Below, piece after piece: positions 20,301 through 30,100 of a DNA stretch of 64,000 nucleotides (its first letter is position 1; each line of letters begins with the position of its first letter). Below the pieces are notes generated by a model. The model ran no database searches, was not told where the DNA came from, and was given only the letters and a program-made list of their open reading frames with translations. The stretch lies in IMG/VR virus record IMGVR_UViG_3300032093_000081; one strand, 5' to 3'. The translations under genes and the position numbers were made by a program. This DNA is from an uncultured virus (IMG/VR IMGVR_UViG_3300032093_000081). Its lineage: Duplodnaviria > Heunggongvirae > Uroviricota > Caudoviricetes.

Positions 20301-20930
20301 ATTCTTTGCGCTTAAATCCCTAAATGCAGTAAGCATTGACCTTTGAAAATCTTTCAGTTCTTCTAACTCAAGAACATTGTCAATAAGAGAGTTTAAGAAT
20401 CCTTTTCCTTTGTTATCTACTGCGCCTATAACAACAGGATGGAACTTAAACTTGGATAGATGGTTTTTGTTAATGAGTCTTTCTTGAGTGCCTTTAGTAG
20501 CTTTCGCTTTAAGATAAAAGCGTCCCTCTCTTTCTTCTACTTCTAAAGAAACAAACTGTAAACGAGGATTAAGATTAGTAGCAGAGATAATAGTATCTGC
20601 CATTTGTCGGGTAGGCAAAGCTGCACCTACCTTTCCATCATTAACCATTTCTTCAATAAGAGAAAGCCCTTCTTTTAACTCTGGGTCTAACTCAATGTTA
20701 TTGATGTTAAGAATGCTTTTTATAGTAGGCTCTCCTAACTTATTGAGATACGGAGAGAACGAAGGTTTGTTTTCAGTCCAATCAAATCCTACTACGTTTT
20801 CATATCGTTCTGATAGTGTAGATTCATAGAGGGCTTTGCCACCTAAAGCACCAGCTAAGTTTGTAGCGGCATAGTACGCACCTGATACTTTAAACCCTTC
20901 AGCAGTCTGAAATTTAGTAATACAAGACAT
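14307..20930 (-). CDS. Giant putative ejected virion protein with zincin metallopeptidase domain (2207 aa)
   Basis: FYDPKSNTIYI...LVHELAH...EEFVAEFMSNPYF (HExxH plus downstream E); largely helical; last gene of the RNAP cargo cluster. Confidence 0.8.
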   Translation of the reverse strand: MSCITKFQTAEGFKVSGAYYAATNLAGALGGKALYESTLSERYENVVGFDWTENKPSFSPYLNKLGEPTIKSILNINNIELDPELKEGLSLIEEMVNDGKVGAALPTRQMADTIISATNLNPRLQFVSLEVEEREGRFYLKAKATKGTQERLINKNHLSKFKFHPVVIGAVDNKGKGFLNSLIDNVLELEELKDFQRSMLTAFRDLSAKNPTLQIVMPDQTDTPIDNSFYDPKSNTIYISKDAYEPQSTERLIRDLVHELAHAYTLSALNNPRTAEERAFKAKMEKAFSDYTSSVLHPDFSYGFTNVEEFVAEFMSNPYFREHLENLDLELAQPKNFIQSILQALSSLFRTIFGFKAVDTKTDIENAIQEYLDYLETQQDIPNNVSEFHLRFNALLSKPVEDRSLQLRPSSVQQKTKFVDREFLKNVIPDYAAQYKNLMNMSMDLLSQRTMSETILNAAQYYAAGIGLSKTLNTIVSDNSIDRLTPEKKYKLVFEIKFHILPKLKQDFKRFSDYLDVLNSDTTLTAQDKEELAKVFTEVFDKAFENVPQVAQINEKAKEELKKGEKTPLQIFNNQVKSIGDFVGLTTDSEEKIYDYIKESVYDALIPQLKDGKLVDDLIHNLKIQQANLEKEFKKSRADLLQNDGENEGKHTTYKNLSKLIDTLEQATTGENKAKVIGDLFINNVYTGTSQTSGLSLLEPLFKSGRPIVQLFAAYLENASLENQNFQKVVNQITDLKGRLDKIRPIQSLIGTTLTAKYYKNIIVSREYNYIDNGELKTIKKAFLNTEVDYVKFHNEYTDLLFAKQEAEKKLSIALSEGVDPAQIADLETALEGAEEAYNNFIENNTELQFTDEYYAIQDIIDKDENGVKDEIGKQLRERLDFLNREADTFESFKGLVEDDLIEDYAYSEAKIKRAEIKELRNFFDREGNLKTGIELEWAKRLNKYYQAISDAKVYTQLTEQEPLDRFDFVKKKFEGEISRVRTNLSNLQSDYLQLLSDPNRTDLNRQNLDKRIAETKQELKQAEERYKKWIRQNTQTQIKPEFYTEVLTPIFEEMQSILGERDENIKEINDLLRRIIAPKKDEDGIPVGTNFTEPEVKKVRELQEKIEELKQLKDSLDLTQDQRDQLSDLFSRLSEVQERTKTSYYYAELDNRISEYKEKIRNTPGKLKEINEIVDQAWADIARVKAGEQRIHLDNPIFTQNVDIYDALDIEDNPNQAKKIMIEAYLKHLGMEAMYESDPWYKLHHFIDTPTMAEEDIFGVEVYIQRTKGTPLMIWEHTLPTDPQYIDISPNGIWKRGQIDERFKNPNYQDKKLSPKKSLYVNTGFSQLTAEEQSIAKEYEKIFDELNEGLPSYYQLENYAIPTRQKTYMEQTTPLQDLSKWDRFKGILANPIMRFIREFVSNKDYDRDSEYSALEQYDLSSGEMAPRRLFKNRNMAIADQSLNLNRLLLEFAAHSSATKNLIDIIPQTAFFKEIDKKTEAEKGRLNKTERQELDRFISRIFLGSGNLNYREDAKNQFIRLFNKWIGGVRKMTASAVLSFNYRRAFKQFISQNSKIYLVLRQNGISRREAFLGFFKALTKFQTNFNFHLGVDKDSMSKTTLMYMHMNAIPGSEYSNVASKGLKSKFEKWATLNTLSAATVGYADFVPAATTAEVLFNRKYDINGEMVRFNDLYTVKDGELVIVDRFRDGGPKEQRVRALTLNLRNQIYDINYSGSGQYYKRSQASWMESEFLQTVFFLKGKWFMPSVANHYGGSRVSMNSGKVHHSIYFSDRNIRLNLLKEKKLGKALFLSSSRSVGDSNTVAGAAKNLAGNPMVLDTTIALGIRALAYVAQFKLNALLIHYAGALASGDDEWDEALQKYLKFSFYLTLLQADTEVTTITNPVIKAADSYYTYQKYANYKMQSSPDLWRRGVNFILDTTIDATARAAYNKFAMFFDSATWGDPTSGTSQYSERGFIPKFGGKEFGVARRLNTLRGKSIDEAPPKLLVALTTFFNLAPVDHIFNPERQSQMALMYGDVKILATNEFQEVRRVTREIDDLKKELNKTLAKVITQEGDQLVFNSEKVKEITPDLLKLAEKSRPLNKELYDIISGNKAIQQQIASLSDQSYASSSIRNIVEAITTDASTMKLKNDFSKFRETFRKERNLVEVVDELERFLKVEAMIPLRTKDPNYVPTPSKPKKGKSKKIEGSDFSSDFKSDFSSGFKSDF
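14310..14366 (-). repeat. 12-nt period coding repeat (SDFS/SDFK) at the protein C-terminus
   Basis: Encodes SDFSSDFKSDFSSGFKSDF-stop. Confidence 0.85.
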
Positions 20931-20936
20931 TACTCA

Positions 20937-20944
20937 CAAAAATA
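20937..20944 (-). promoter_or_regulatory. Bacteroidetes-type -7 element within an inverted repeat
   Basis: TATTTTTG 6 nt before ATG 20930; overlaps CTCACAAA-n9-TTTGTGAG. Confidence 0.55.
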
Positions 20945-20972
20945 CACCATTTGTGAGAATTAGGTACTCACA

Positions 20973-23900
20973 CTAGAGGTCGCACGCTTCTTCTATAAAT
21001 CCTAAGTCTTCAATGTCTTTTGTAAAAGGAGGTAAGTTATCAATGATGTCTTCCATTTCATTTATAGGAATGATAGGTTGAGCTTTTTGTACATTAGAAA
21101 CAGAACCGATAAACTCTTTAAATCCTTCTATATCTTGTTTACCTGTATCTAAGTATTGAGAGTATAGTTGTAGAGCTTGTTGTTTTTGTTGTGGGGGTAT
21201 TGTAGAGGTAACTTCAAAGTAATCCCCTTTATCTATAGCAATACCTTTATCTATTAAAGATTTCCAAACTCTACTTGCAGAATCATTTATATCTTGTTTG
21301 CCAAAAGCTTCTGATTTTAAAGTTTTGCCTTCTTCTGCTAATTTATTTGCAAGAGCTAAATAAACTTTTGTACCAAATCCTTTACCTTGAAATTCTTTTT
21401 CTAATTCTACTCCAGCTATTCCTATAGAAGATGATATATAGCCTTCATTATCTACAGAGATAATTCCTGCATATTTACCATTTATTTTAATAGGATAAGA
21501 TATTGCTTCTGGATTATCTGGATTAAATCTTGGTTTATCTAAAGTGACATTAGAAACACTTTGAAACCCTAAAGCTTCATACACTTGATTAGCTAATTCA
21601 GGATTAGAATCAAATAGTTCTTCTACTCCGGGTTTTATTTTAGAAACAGATTCAGTATAAATTTTAGTTCCATATTGAACAAATCCTCCTACAAGTTCAT
21701 CTACTTCCGGTTCTGTTAAATCTTTTCCTGTGAATTTTTTAATCCAATTTTTTATTGAATTTATGAGTTCTTTCCACCAAGAAGGTTTAGGTTTGTCTGT
21801 TAAAGTTTCTGCCCATCTTGCCGCAAGTTCCATTAACAATTTTGCTTTACCCTCTTGACTATCTAAAGTAAAGCCATAGTCAAACATTAACTTTTCTAAA
21901 GATTTATGCCCAGTACGCCCAAGTAACTCAGGCAGTTTTTTCATTAGTTGAGATTCTGCAGCAAAAAGAACATCTTTTAATTCTTGTAATCCTCCAAGTT
22001 CTTTAGCCATTCTAATCATTCCTCTGTGAGCAACTTCATGAATAGCTACTTTGCCAGCTTCTGGTATTGGAGTATTAGAAGAAACCACTACTACTTTATC
22101 TGTTCTTGGGTCATAATATCCTTGTATTAATGCTGTATTAGTTAAAGAAAAAGGCAAATCTGCAAGGTATGTTGGATTTTCATTAACCCATTGCTCATAA
22201 ATAAATTGGAGGTCTGGAAATTCTACTTGTACTAAATCGTCAAGATATTTAAAAACTCTTGGGTCTTTTGTTACTGCTTGTCTAATTAATTCATGATAGT
22301 AATCAGTTCCAAAAGGAGTAACTTCAGTTATATTGAAAGGTCTATGGTTAACAGCTAAAGTAAGTATTTGCTCATTTTGTTGCATTTCTAAAGGGAAATA
22401 TTCAAAAAAATTAAATACTTCATTTCCACTAAGATGTACTTCTTCTAAAACTTTTTCTACTGTATCAAGTGAGGTAATGCGGCGTTGTATATCATAATAA
22501 TAGTCTGGGGCATCCTCAAAATATAAGTCATTGTCTGGCCTCATACCTTCTAAGTAATCTAGATATCCTTCGTCTTCTATTTGATCTATATCAGTTTCAT
22601 TTCTACTTTTTGCCGCTATTGCTCTATCTAAACTAGGATTGTTTTTATCTAAATTGTGTTTTTCGAAGAAAGCAAGAGTGTCCTCTAAATGGTCAATAGA
22701 TGCCATTCCATTGTTTGCTCGAGAAGTTACTTCTTTTACTTTACGAGGTTTACCGGAAATTTCTTCTGGTTCTACTTCAATTCCAGCTACAGTTACCCCA
22801 TTAACAATAAGAAGATAGTTATCATAGTTTGCGACGTAATAATCTGACATAGCGCCAGATGTGCACCAAGTATGAGGAGAAAGTTTTTTAAGTAAGTCTA
22901 TATTCCTAGTATATTCTTCTGAATTTTCAAAAGAAGTTTTTGGAATATGTATCCAATAACCTGTATTACTTGCAGAAGGTTCATGTGTTACTGAATCTGA
23001 AACTGAAGCAACTGCTTCTAAATCATATAATTTTCCTAGTCTATTCGCCTCATGTGGCTTATTCATTAATATACCATAGGTATTTTCTAAAGCTAAAGGC
23101 GAAAGTTGTAATACATATTTTGATTTTCTATTAGGGTTTGTAAGATACTTAACAGCATGAGCTAACATAATATCTCGAAATACTATTGGGTATTTTTCTA
23201 AAGCAGACTTCCAATTACGAAAACTTTCTAATGCAAGTTTATTACTCTTAAATTCCACATATTTATTTTCATCTGCTTTCCTATCATAAGATTTTTTTAA
23301 AATCTGTTCTAATTGTTCGTTGCTTTTAATTCCTTTAATATTCGCTAATCGGTCTTTGTTAATACCTACCCAATTGACTAATAATAAATCAGTAATGCCG
23401 TTTTCTGCCAAAATATCCTTAATGGCAAAAAAGATATTTGTATTTCCTAATACATAACTAGGAACTTCTTCTACAATTTCAATGCTGTTATAAATTTCAA
23501 TGGGAAGTTTTTTAATTTCATTTCTGAATTGAGTATCTCTATTAGATTTTTCTTCATAAGAATCTTCTTTTTGGGCTGCTAATGCATCGGCATAACTAGG
23601 ATATACTTCTCCTCCGTAAATAAACTCTGAACTGCTCCTTTTTTCTATTCCCTGTTCTACATCAAATGTAGGCTGAGTTAGTTTTTTACTTGGACTAAGA
23701 GGAGGCAAAAAATCTTCAATAGCAATTTCAGATTTATCTGTTCTTTGAGAGAACATATCTAATTGAGTAGGAGCGTTAGGAAATGCTTGCTCTAAACTTT
23801 TTTCGTTGTTCTTTACTTGGTATGCCTTTAAGAGGCTAGGACTTACAGTCACTTGTATAGCTCCCCCATCATTATACCTTTGGTATCCAAACGTATCCCA

Positions 23901-24131
23901 AAACTTCTTTTTATTTATACCTAATTCTCGGTAGATAGCAGATATTGTTTTATCTATTATTCGTTTGAGTTTATAAGGTTCATTTTTAGATTCTACGGAA
24001 CTGTTTACCGGCAAAAAGATTTCACCTATCCTACTTATAGAAAAACTAGAATCAAAAGATTTAGCTATAGGGAGAGCTTTTTCTAGTAAAGCTTTTTTTA
24101 TTTCACCGGGGGTAATGTTACATCCAGACAT
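20973..24131 (-). CDS. Polyvalent cargo protein: WCT-motif domain, zincin peptidase, GNAT acetyltransferase (~1052 aa)
   Basis: Likely ATG at 24131 (MSGC). Motifs HTWCT; QGYYDPRTDKV...IHEVAH...ELAARWAE; ELEKEFQGKGFGTKVY...ASRVWKSL (GNAT motif A). Confidence 0.8.
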   Translation of the reverse strand: MSGCNITPGEIKKALLEKALPIAKSFDSSFSISRIGEIFLPVNSSVESKNEPYKLKRIIDKTISAIYRELGINKKKFWDTFGYQRYNDGGAIQVTVSPSLLKAYQVKNNEKSLEQAFPNAPTQLDMFSQRTDKSEIAIEDFLPPLSPSKKLTQPTFDVEQGIEKRSSSEFIYGGEVYPSYADALAAQKEDSYEEKSNRDTQFRNEIKKLPIEIYNSIEIVEEVPSYVLGNTNIFFAIKDILAENGITDLLLVNWVGINKDRLANIKGIKSNEQLEQILKKSYDRKADENKYVEFKSNKLALESFRNWKSALEKYPIVFRDIMLAHAVKYLTNPNRKSKYVLQLSPLALENTYGILMNKPHEANRLGKLYDLEAVASVSDSVTHEPSASNTGYWIHIPKTSFENSEEYTRNIDLLKKLSPHTWCTSGAMSDYYVANYDNYLLIVNGVTVAGIEVEPEEISGKPRKVKEVTSRANNGMASIDHLEDTLAFFEKHNLDKNNPSLDRAIAAKSRNETDIDQIEDEGYLDYLEGMRPDNDLYFEDAPDYYYDIQRRITSLDTVEKVLEEVHLSGNEVFNFFEYFPLEMQQNEQILTLAVNHRPFNITEVTPFGTDYYHELIRQAVTKDPRVFKYLDDLVQVEFPDLQFIYEQWVNENPTYLADLPFSLTNTALIQGYYDPRTDKVVVVSSNTPIPEAGKVAIHEVAHRGMIRMAKELGGLQELKDVLFAAESQLMKKLPELLGRTGHKSLEKLMFDYGFTLDSQEGKAKLLMELAARWAETLTDKPKPSWWKELINSIKNWIKKFTGKDLTEPEVDELVGGFVQYGTKIYTESVSKIKPGVEELFDSNPELANQVYEALGFQSVSNVTLDKPRFNPDNPEAISYPIKINGKYAGIISVDNEGYISSSIGIAGVELEKEFQGKGFGTKVYLALANKLAEEGKTLKSEAFGKQDINDSASRVWKSLIDKGIAIDKGDYFEVTSTIPPQQKQQALQLYSQYLDTGKQDIEGFKEFIGSVSNVQKAQPIIPINEMEDIIDNLPPFTKDIEDLGFIEEACDL

Positions 24132-24136
24132 AATGT

Positions 24137-27100
24137 TTATCCTTGACAATCAGGGTTAATATCAGTTAAGTTATCTACGTCGCCTTGAGTAGGAGGTTGA
24201 ATTTTGGGATTAACAAATTTAGCAACCTGTTCTATAATAGTTTCAAGAGTTACTAAGTTTTTTTCATCTGAGGGCATTCCTGCAAATCCTACACTAACAG
24301 CAAACTGTTTTTGTAATTCTCTTAAAATATTTTCAACAGTTTCTTGAGTTGGAACTGAACTTAAATAACTTGTTGGGCCGTTAGGGTAAGAGTTAATAAA
24401 TTCTTCTATTTGTTCTGCAGTTACTGTCGTCCTGTATTCGTTTGTTATTTGTTCTGCAGCCAATTCTAAATCAGTGCCTTTTTTATCTTCTGTTGCTTGG
24501 TAAAAACGAACTCCGGGAAAATCAGCTATCCTACTTGCGCCAACAATTCTACTTATTTCTTTTTTGGAAATCTTACCTCCTTCTTTAAAAAATCTAGCTA
24601 TTACATCGTTAGTTCCCTCTAAGTAAATTTCGTCTATCGGGAATCCCTCTTTGCTCTCTTTTAAACCTATGTATGCATTAGCTATTAAACCGGGTTTTTG
24701 AGAGTTACTTAAAAGAAGGCTCTCTGCATATTCAAGATAAGATTCTGCACTATATCCAGATTCTTTTAAAAACGCTTCCATGTCTTCAAAGTCTGCTTTT
24801 GAGTTTTCGTAAAAGACAGTGTGAAGATTGTTATCATAAGTAAAATAGCCTTTAATCACAGCTATCTTTCTTTCAAATGTTTTAGCTTTTGTTCCAGATA
24901 CTTCAGATTGTAATTTAGACAAATTGAATACTGTGCCGCTTCTTTCTATCTCGTAAGCATATTTGTATTCATCAGTAATAACTGGAGGAGAAGTAGGCTT
25001 ACTTGTAGATTCAGACGAAACAATGGGCTCAGAAGATTCAAAAGTCTTTTTATAAACATCTCGAATTGCTTGCATAGCTTTTTGAGACTTAATATCTCCT
25101 ACGTATTGTTTCCTAGGTTCCCATTGTTTAGTCTCTTTATTTTGTACGTTATAGAGTTCAATATCTCGTGTTCCTACTCCGGCAAAATTCTTTGTTAGTA
25201 CAGGGATATCTATAGGGTCAAACCATCCGTCATTATACTTAGTCCACCTTTCGTTCTTTGTGTCCCAAACATATACAGGTTTTCCTAACTTTATTCCTAA
25301 TTGAACTGCTGTATTTGTCCCGCCTTTTACTACCCATTTGTAAGAGTTTACTGATTTAGTACTATCAGTGAGATTTTTAGGAGCATCCTTATCTACTACT
25401 TGAACAAGTTCTCCAATGGCAAATACAGCATCTGCATTAGCTACTTGATAATAATTACGAACCTGAAGATTGCCTTCTAGAGTGTCTGAATATTCTATGC
25501 CAAGTATGTTTTTTATTTCTGCTCGGGCAGCATCCATTTGCTCTTTAGATAGAACAGTTGCTGTAACTCCTTTATCTCGTAGTTTTTTAGAGAGAGATTG
25601 ATTTTTCTCTTCTCTATAATGACGATGTTGAGTTACTCCAAATTCTCTTCCAATTAAATCCCAAAAAGTATCTCCGCCATAAGCACCTCCAGAATGATTT
25701 ACATACTCTTTAGGATTCCTAATAGGCTCATAAACTACACTAGGAGCAGTAGGTGCTTGTGGAGGTTGTTGGGGAGTAGGTTGAGCAGGGGGAGCAGACT
25801 GAGTACGTTGAGAAGAACCCTTTTCTATATAGCCGTGTACAAAAAGTCTCTTATCTGCATCAGTAGTAACATATAGTTGATTTCCTATTGCCGTTAAATA
25901 AGATTCTCCGGTATATTTTCCCGGAGTAGGTTTTCTTTCAAATGTGGTTTTTACTCTTTCATATGCAAGTTGAGAGTTTTCCGCCCATAGGTCTACCGGA
26001 ACAAGGTCAGCTCCTTTCAAACTAAACGGAGAAAAAGGAGCTCCCAAGTTAAAATAATGCGACGCCAATAAAATGTCTTCTACTATTCCTTTTATTCTTG
26101 AATCTCCAGAGTTTCTTAATTCTTCTATAGCTATTTTGATAGCAGACTTTGTTTCATCCTCTACTTTATCAGTAAGACGAAATTCTGTAAACCTTGATTT
26201 TTTATCTGGATTAAATGGGTCTAAAGGGTCTGATAGTTCTACAGAAGTAGGCTTAATCATAGAGATAAAAAGATTGTTCCTCAATAAATCAGAGAATTCG
26301 TCTTTTAATTCTTCTAGGTCTTTTACTATCTGAGATTGTCCGTTGACTTCAAAAAACGTCCCAACTTTATTAAGATTAGTAGAGAAAAAATACCTTTGGT
26401 GATTCCCTCTAAAACTATCTTCATTTAAAAGTTGAGCATAAGAAATCATTATCTCTTGGTTTTTCTTGTTGAGATAGTTTTTTCTTTTTGTTGAAATGTC
26501 GGGTATTGCCCTTCTCTGATAAACTGTTTTTGCAAATTCTGGGCTAAAAGTTATTGGGAACATAAACCTAAACAAAGAGTTTATATACTCAACTTGATTG
26601 AATTTATTCAGTACATTGTCTTCCCTTGGATTTATTAGCTTGTTAACATTTGTAAAGGCTTGGCTTAATTCCTGTAGTTCTTCTTGGATTGAAATTACCT
26701 CAATAGGGTCAGGATATCTAGCTGTGTTAAAATCTGTTCTACTTGTCAGTTTTCTAATTGAGTCTTGAAAATCTAATACTACGGCAAGTTGATGCATAGC
26801 TAACAACTGTTTAATTGGGTTTATAAACTGTTGGTTTTCATTAAAAAGATTTTTTAAATCAGAAAAAACTTCTTCCGTATTTAGATTAGGGCTATTGTTT
26901 AAAGCATTACGTACAATAGCATTCAATTCATTTAGAGTTCTAACAGGTCTTATTTTTGAAAAGAACTCAATAGTTTCTGCATCTTTTATTTCTCCCGCTG
27001 TTATAGCTCCTTTTATTGTAGATATAAAATCTGAAACTTGGTTAATTATCTTTACTCTGTCTCTTCCGAATAGTCTTCCTTCTGTAGTTCTGGTAATCAT

Positions 27101-30100
27101 TGATACTACCAAAGGATTATTTAAAAACTTAAAGACTATCTCATGATTTGTCCCCTTAAGAAGCATAGCATGAGCAGTCGGAGTAAGCAAGTCAGACATA
27201 CCTAATCTTAAAAGGTAGTCTTCATTTCCAGCATCTACGTGACCATTGATAAACTGATTTAGTATTTCAGAGATGGTAACTTCTTTTCCATCTTTGAAAT
27301 GAATCATTCCAATAGGGATATTTCCATTTTCTTTCTTATTTGACGGGAACAGATAAGCATCTCCTAGTACAGTTTGTTCGTCGCCAGTGTATCCTCTTAT
27401 TTCTATACCGGCTTGTTGGAACATTTTATGCATAGTATTCATTTTTGCATCAATGCCCAAGGCAGAACGTGCTAATATGTTTTCACTGAATATCCGGTAA
27501 GATGTAGTAGGACTGAATACATCCATTGCAGATATTGGAGCAGACTTAGTTTCTTTAGCTAGGTCTTTTAAATTGGGGCTGTCATTAGGCTTAACAAGAT
27601 TTAAATAGTTTTCTTGTAAAGAAAGCATAGTATGCATTACTTCCATAATCTGGTTTTCGTAATGCAACGGAAGATTATTATTTGCGATATAACTATCTAA
27701 AGCTCGTGGGGTCAAACTAAGAATCTGGTCTGCAGTTTCAGATATAATATCTTTACCTGATGCTGATTTTTTTGGAAGCTCTCCTAACTTTGGATTAGCA
27801 AGAGTACCATTAATAAGTGACAGACTCTCGTATAAGTCTTGAAGCTTTTTCTTTTTTTCCTCTGGATAACTTTCAGGAAGTATGATAAGAATCTTTTTGA
27901 GTTTCTCTCTATCCGCTAACAAAGTATTCTTTTTAACTTCTCCTTCTTTTTTTAACAGAGAAAGATAATCTTTTGTAGTAGCGGTAGACTTAATTACTTT
28001 TCCATTTTTATCTAAGTTAGGATAGTAGACAGTAAGTTTATCAATGTCGTAATCTCCCCCAGACTTAGTTACAATCTGAGGAGGAAGCACAATCAAGTTA
28101 CCGGCAGAAGAAGGTAAGAATTTTTTTACCCTCATACTTTCCATACTTGGAGCTCCTTGTACTGGAATCCTTACGCCGGTATAAGATAACTGAGCATCAT
28201 GTTCTTCTACCCATTCAATATCTTGGGGGTTCTTGCTAGATAAGATTCTATTTAAAAGAGTAATTGGGTTTTCGTAATCGCCTAGTTTCTTTTCTCCATA
28301 TTTAAGATTCAAAAGAGGCCCGTGTTTTTTTGGATCCCACGCAACCATTATTTCCATTTTCTGTACTTTCCCATTTACAAGTTTGTAAAACTGTAACGTA
28401 GGGTCATACTTTATTCCCTTTCCTTCTTTTGTAAATTCCTTTACGTTTCTTTTTCCTAAATACGGAGTGTTTGCCGCTTGAATAAAAGAATCTCCACGAA
28501 TAGAAAGAGAGATTATATTTTTGGTGACAGCATTAAGTACTGCTTGATATACTCTTGCTTTGTTAGGATACGCCTCAAGATTGTAAATAAGTTTTCCGTT
28601 TTCTGCTCTAAGGTATTGTCGAAGGTCAGATTCTTCGTCAAACTTTTCAGCAATAAAAGCAGCTAACTTTACTTCATCAAAAGAAACAAAGTTGTTTTCG
28701 TTGTCTCTTTTTATTCCTAATTTTTCTTCAAGTTCTGCTTTCTTTATTTCTTCAAGACCTTCTGTTGCTTTGGCAAGTTTTTTCTTTTGTTCTTCTAGTG
28801 TTTGCTCAAATTGTTTATCTCGAGCATCCTCATAGTAAGGTTTGAACTTTCCGTCTTCATAAAAGTCTTTGAAAAGGAGTTTTACTCCTTGAGTAGTAAG
28901 AACTGCTCGCTCTTTAAACTTAGGCGCTTGGTATTGAAGTTCTCTAAGGTTAGCTACGAATATAGGGCTGGCATTTTCCGAAGTAAAATCTGTATTTACT
29001 TTTCCGTTATCATCATAAAAAGGAATAGGCTTTTTACTGTTTTTTTCTTTTGAACCGGATGCAAACACATAATAGTCTATCCCGTTTTGATACATAGCCT
29101 CTATCATAGGATACATAGTTCCCGATGATATACTACTAGGCAACAAAGGAAGTACAGACATCTTGTGGTAAATAGTCTGTGAAGGGTCTAAAGCGCTTCT
29201 TCCGTAATGTCCTAACTTCAAAGGAGGTAAAGGAGCAGCTTCCTTCTTTTTGATTTTATTGGCTATCTCTTCTTTAAGGGAAGCGATTTCTCTTCCAAGT
29301 CTGTTTTTTGTCTCAGAGTCATTAGTAGAAAAAAACTCTTTTAGTCGCTCCGCTATTTTAAATTCTAATTCATAAGTAACAGATTGTTCTGCAGTCCAAG
29401 TTCCGGTAGAGGTAAGATAGTTACGATAGAATTCTAAGCTAGCTACTGCTTGAGCATCTGCTTCTTTTGGGCCTTTTACATATGCTTTATATTCTTCAGT
29501 ATCAGGAAGACTATATTCTTTTCGATAAGTTTCCCATATTTCATCTATAGTTTCTGGAGTACCAAAAAAAGTATCTACATCTGTAAATACTAAAGTTCGG
29601 GCAATACCCCAGTTTTGGGCACTGCTCATGCCTCTTTTTCCGTACAGTGCTGAAAATTTATTTGCCTCTAATGACTCAGAAAATACTTGAGATATTTGAC
29701 TGTCTACTTGAGGTATCTTCCCGGGGGAAGACATATTAACCACTCTCTTATATACTTCTCGAAACCCATCTTTAGTTTTGCCGGGACTAAAGTTACTTAA
29801 AGACCCATGGAAAACTTTCATAAATTCAATGTTGTTTATCATAACATTGACAATGAAGTTATCTAATACAGAATTTAAGTTTTTTTCTAAGTCAGCTATG
29901 TTTTCAAAAGCAAAAGTTCCCTTCTTTTTTACGTTTAAGATATTGTTGTAAAGACGTTGTGCAATTTGAAAATTGGGATTAAACCTATCTTGAAATCCTA
30001 ATAGGTAGTTGTTCTTTAACTCGTTTCTTTTTGTAGCAAGATACTTAGGAAACTCTGACAACACGTGAGCCTGATAAAGACTGAGTATTCTGTTTTTCTC

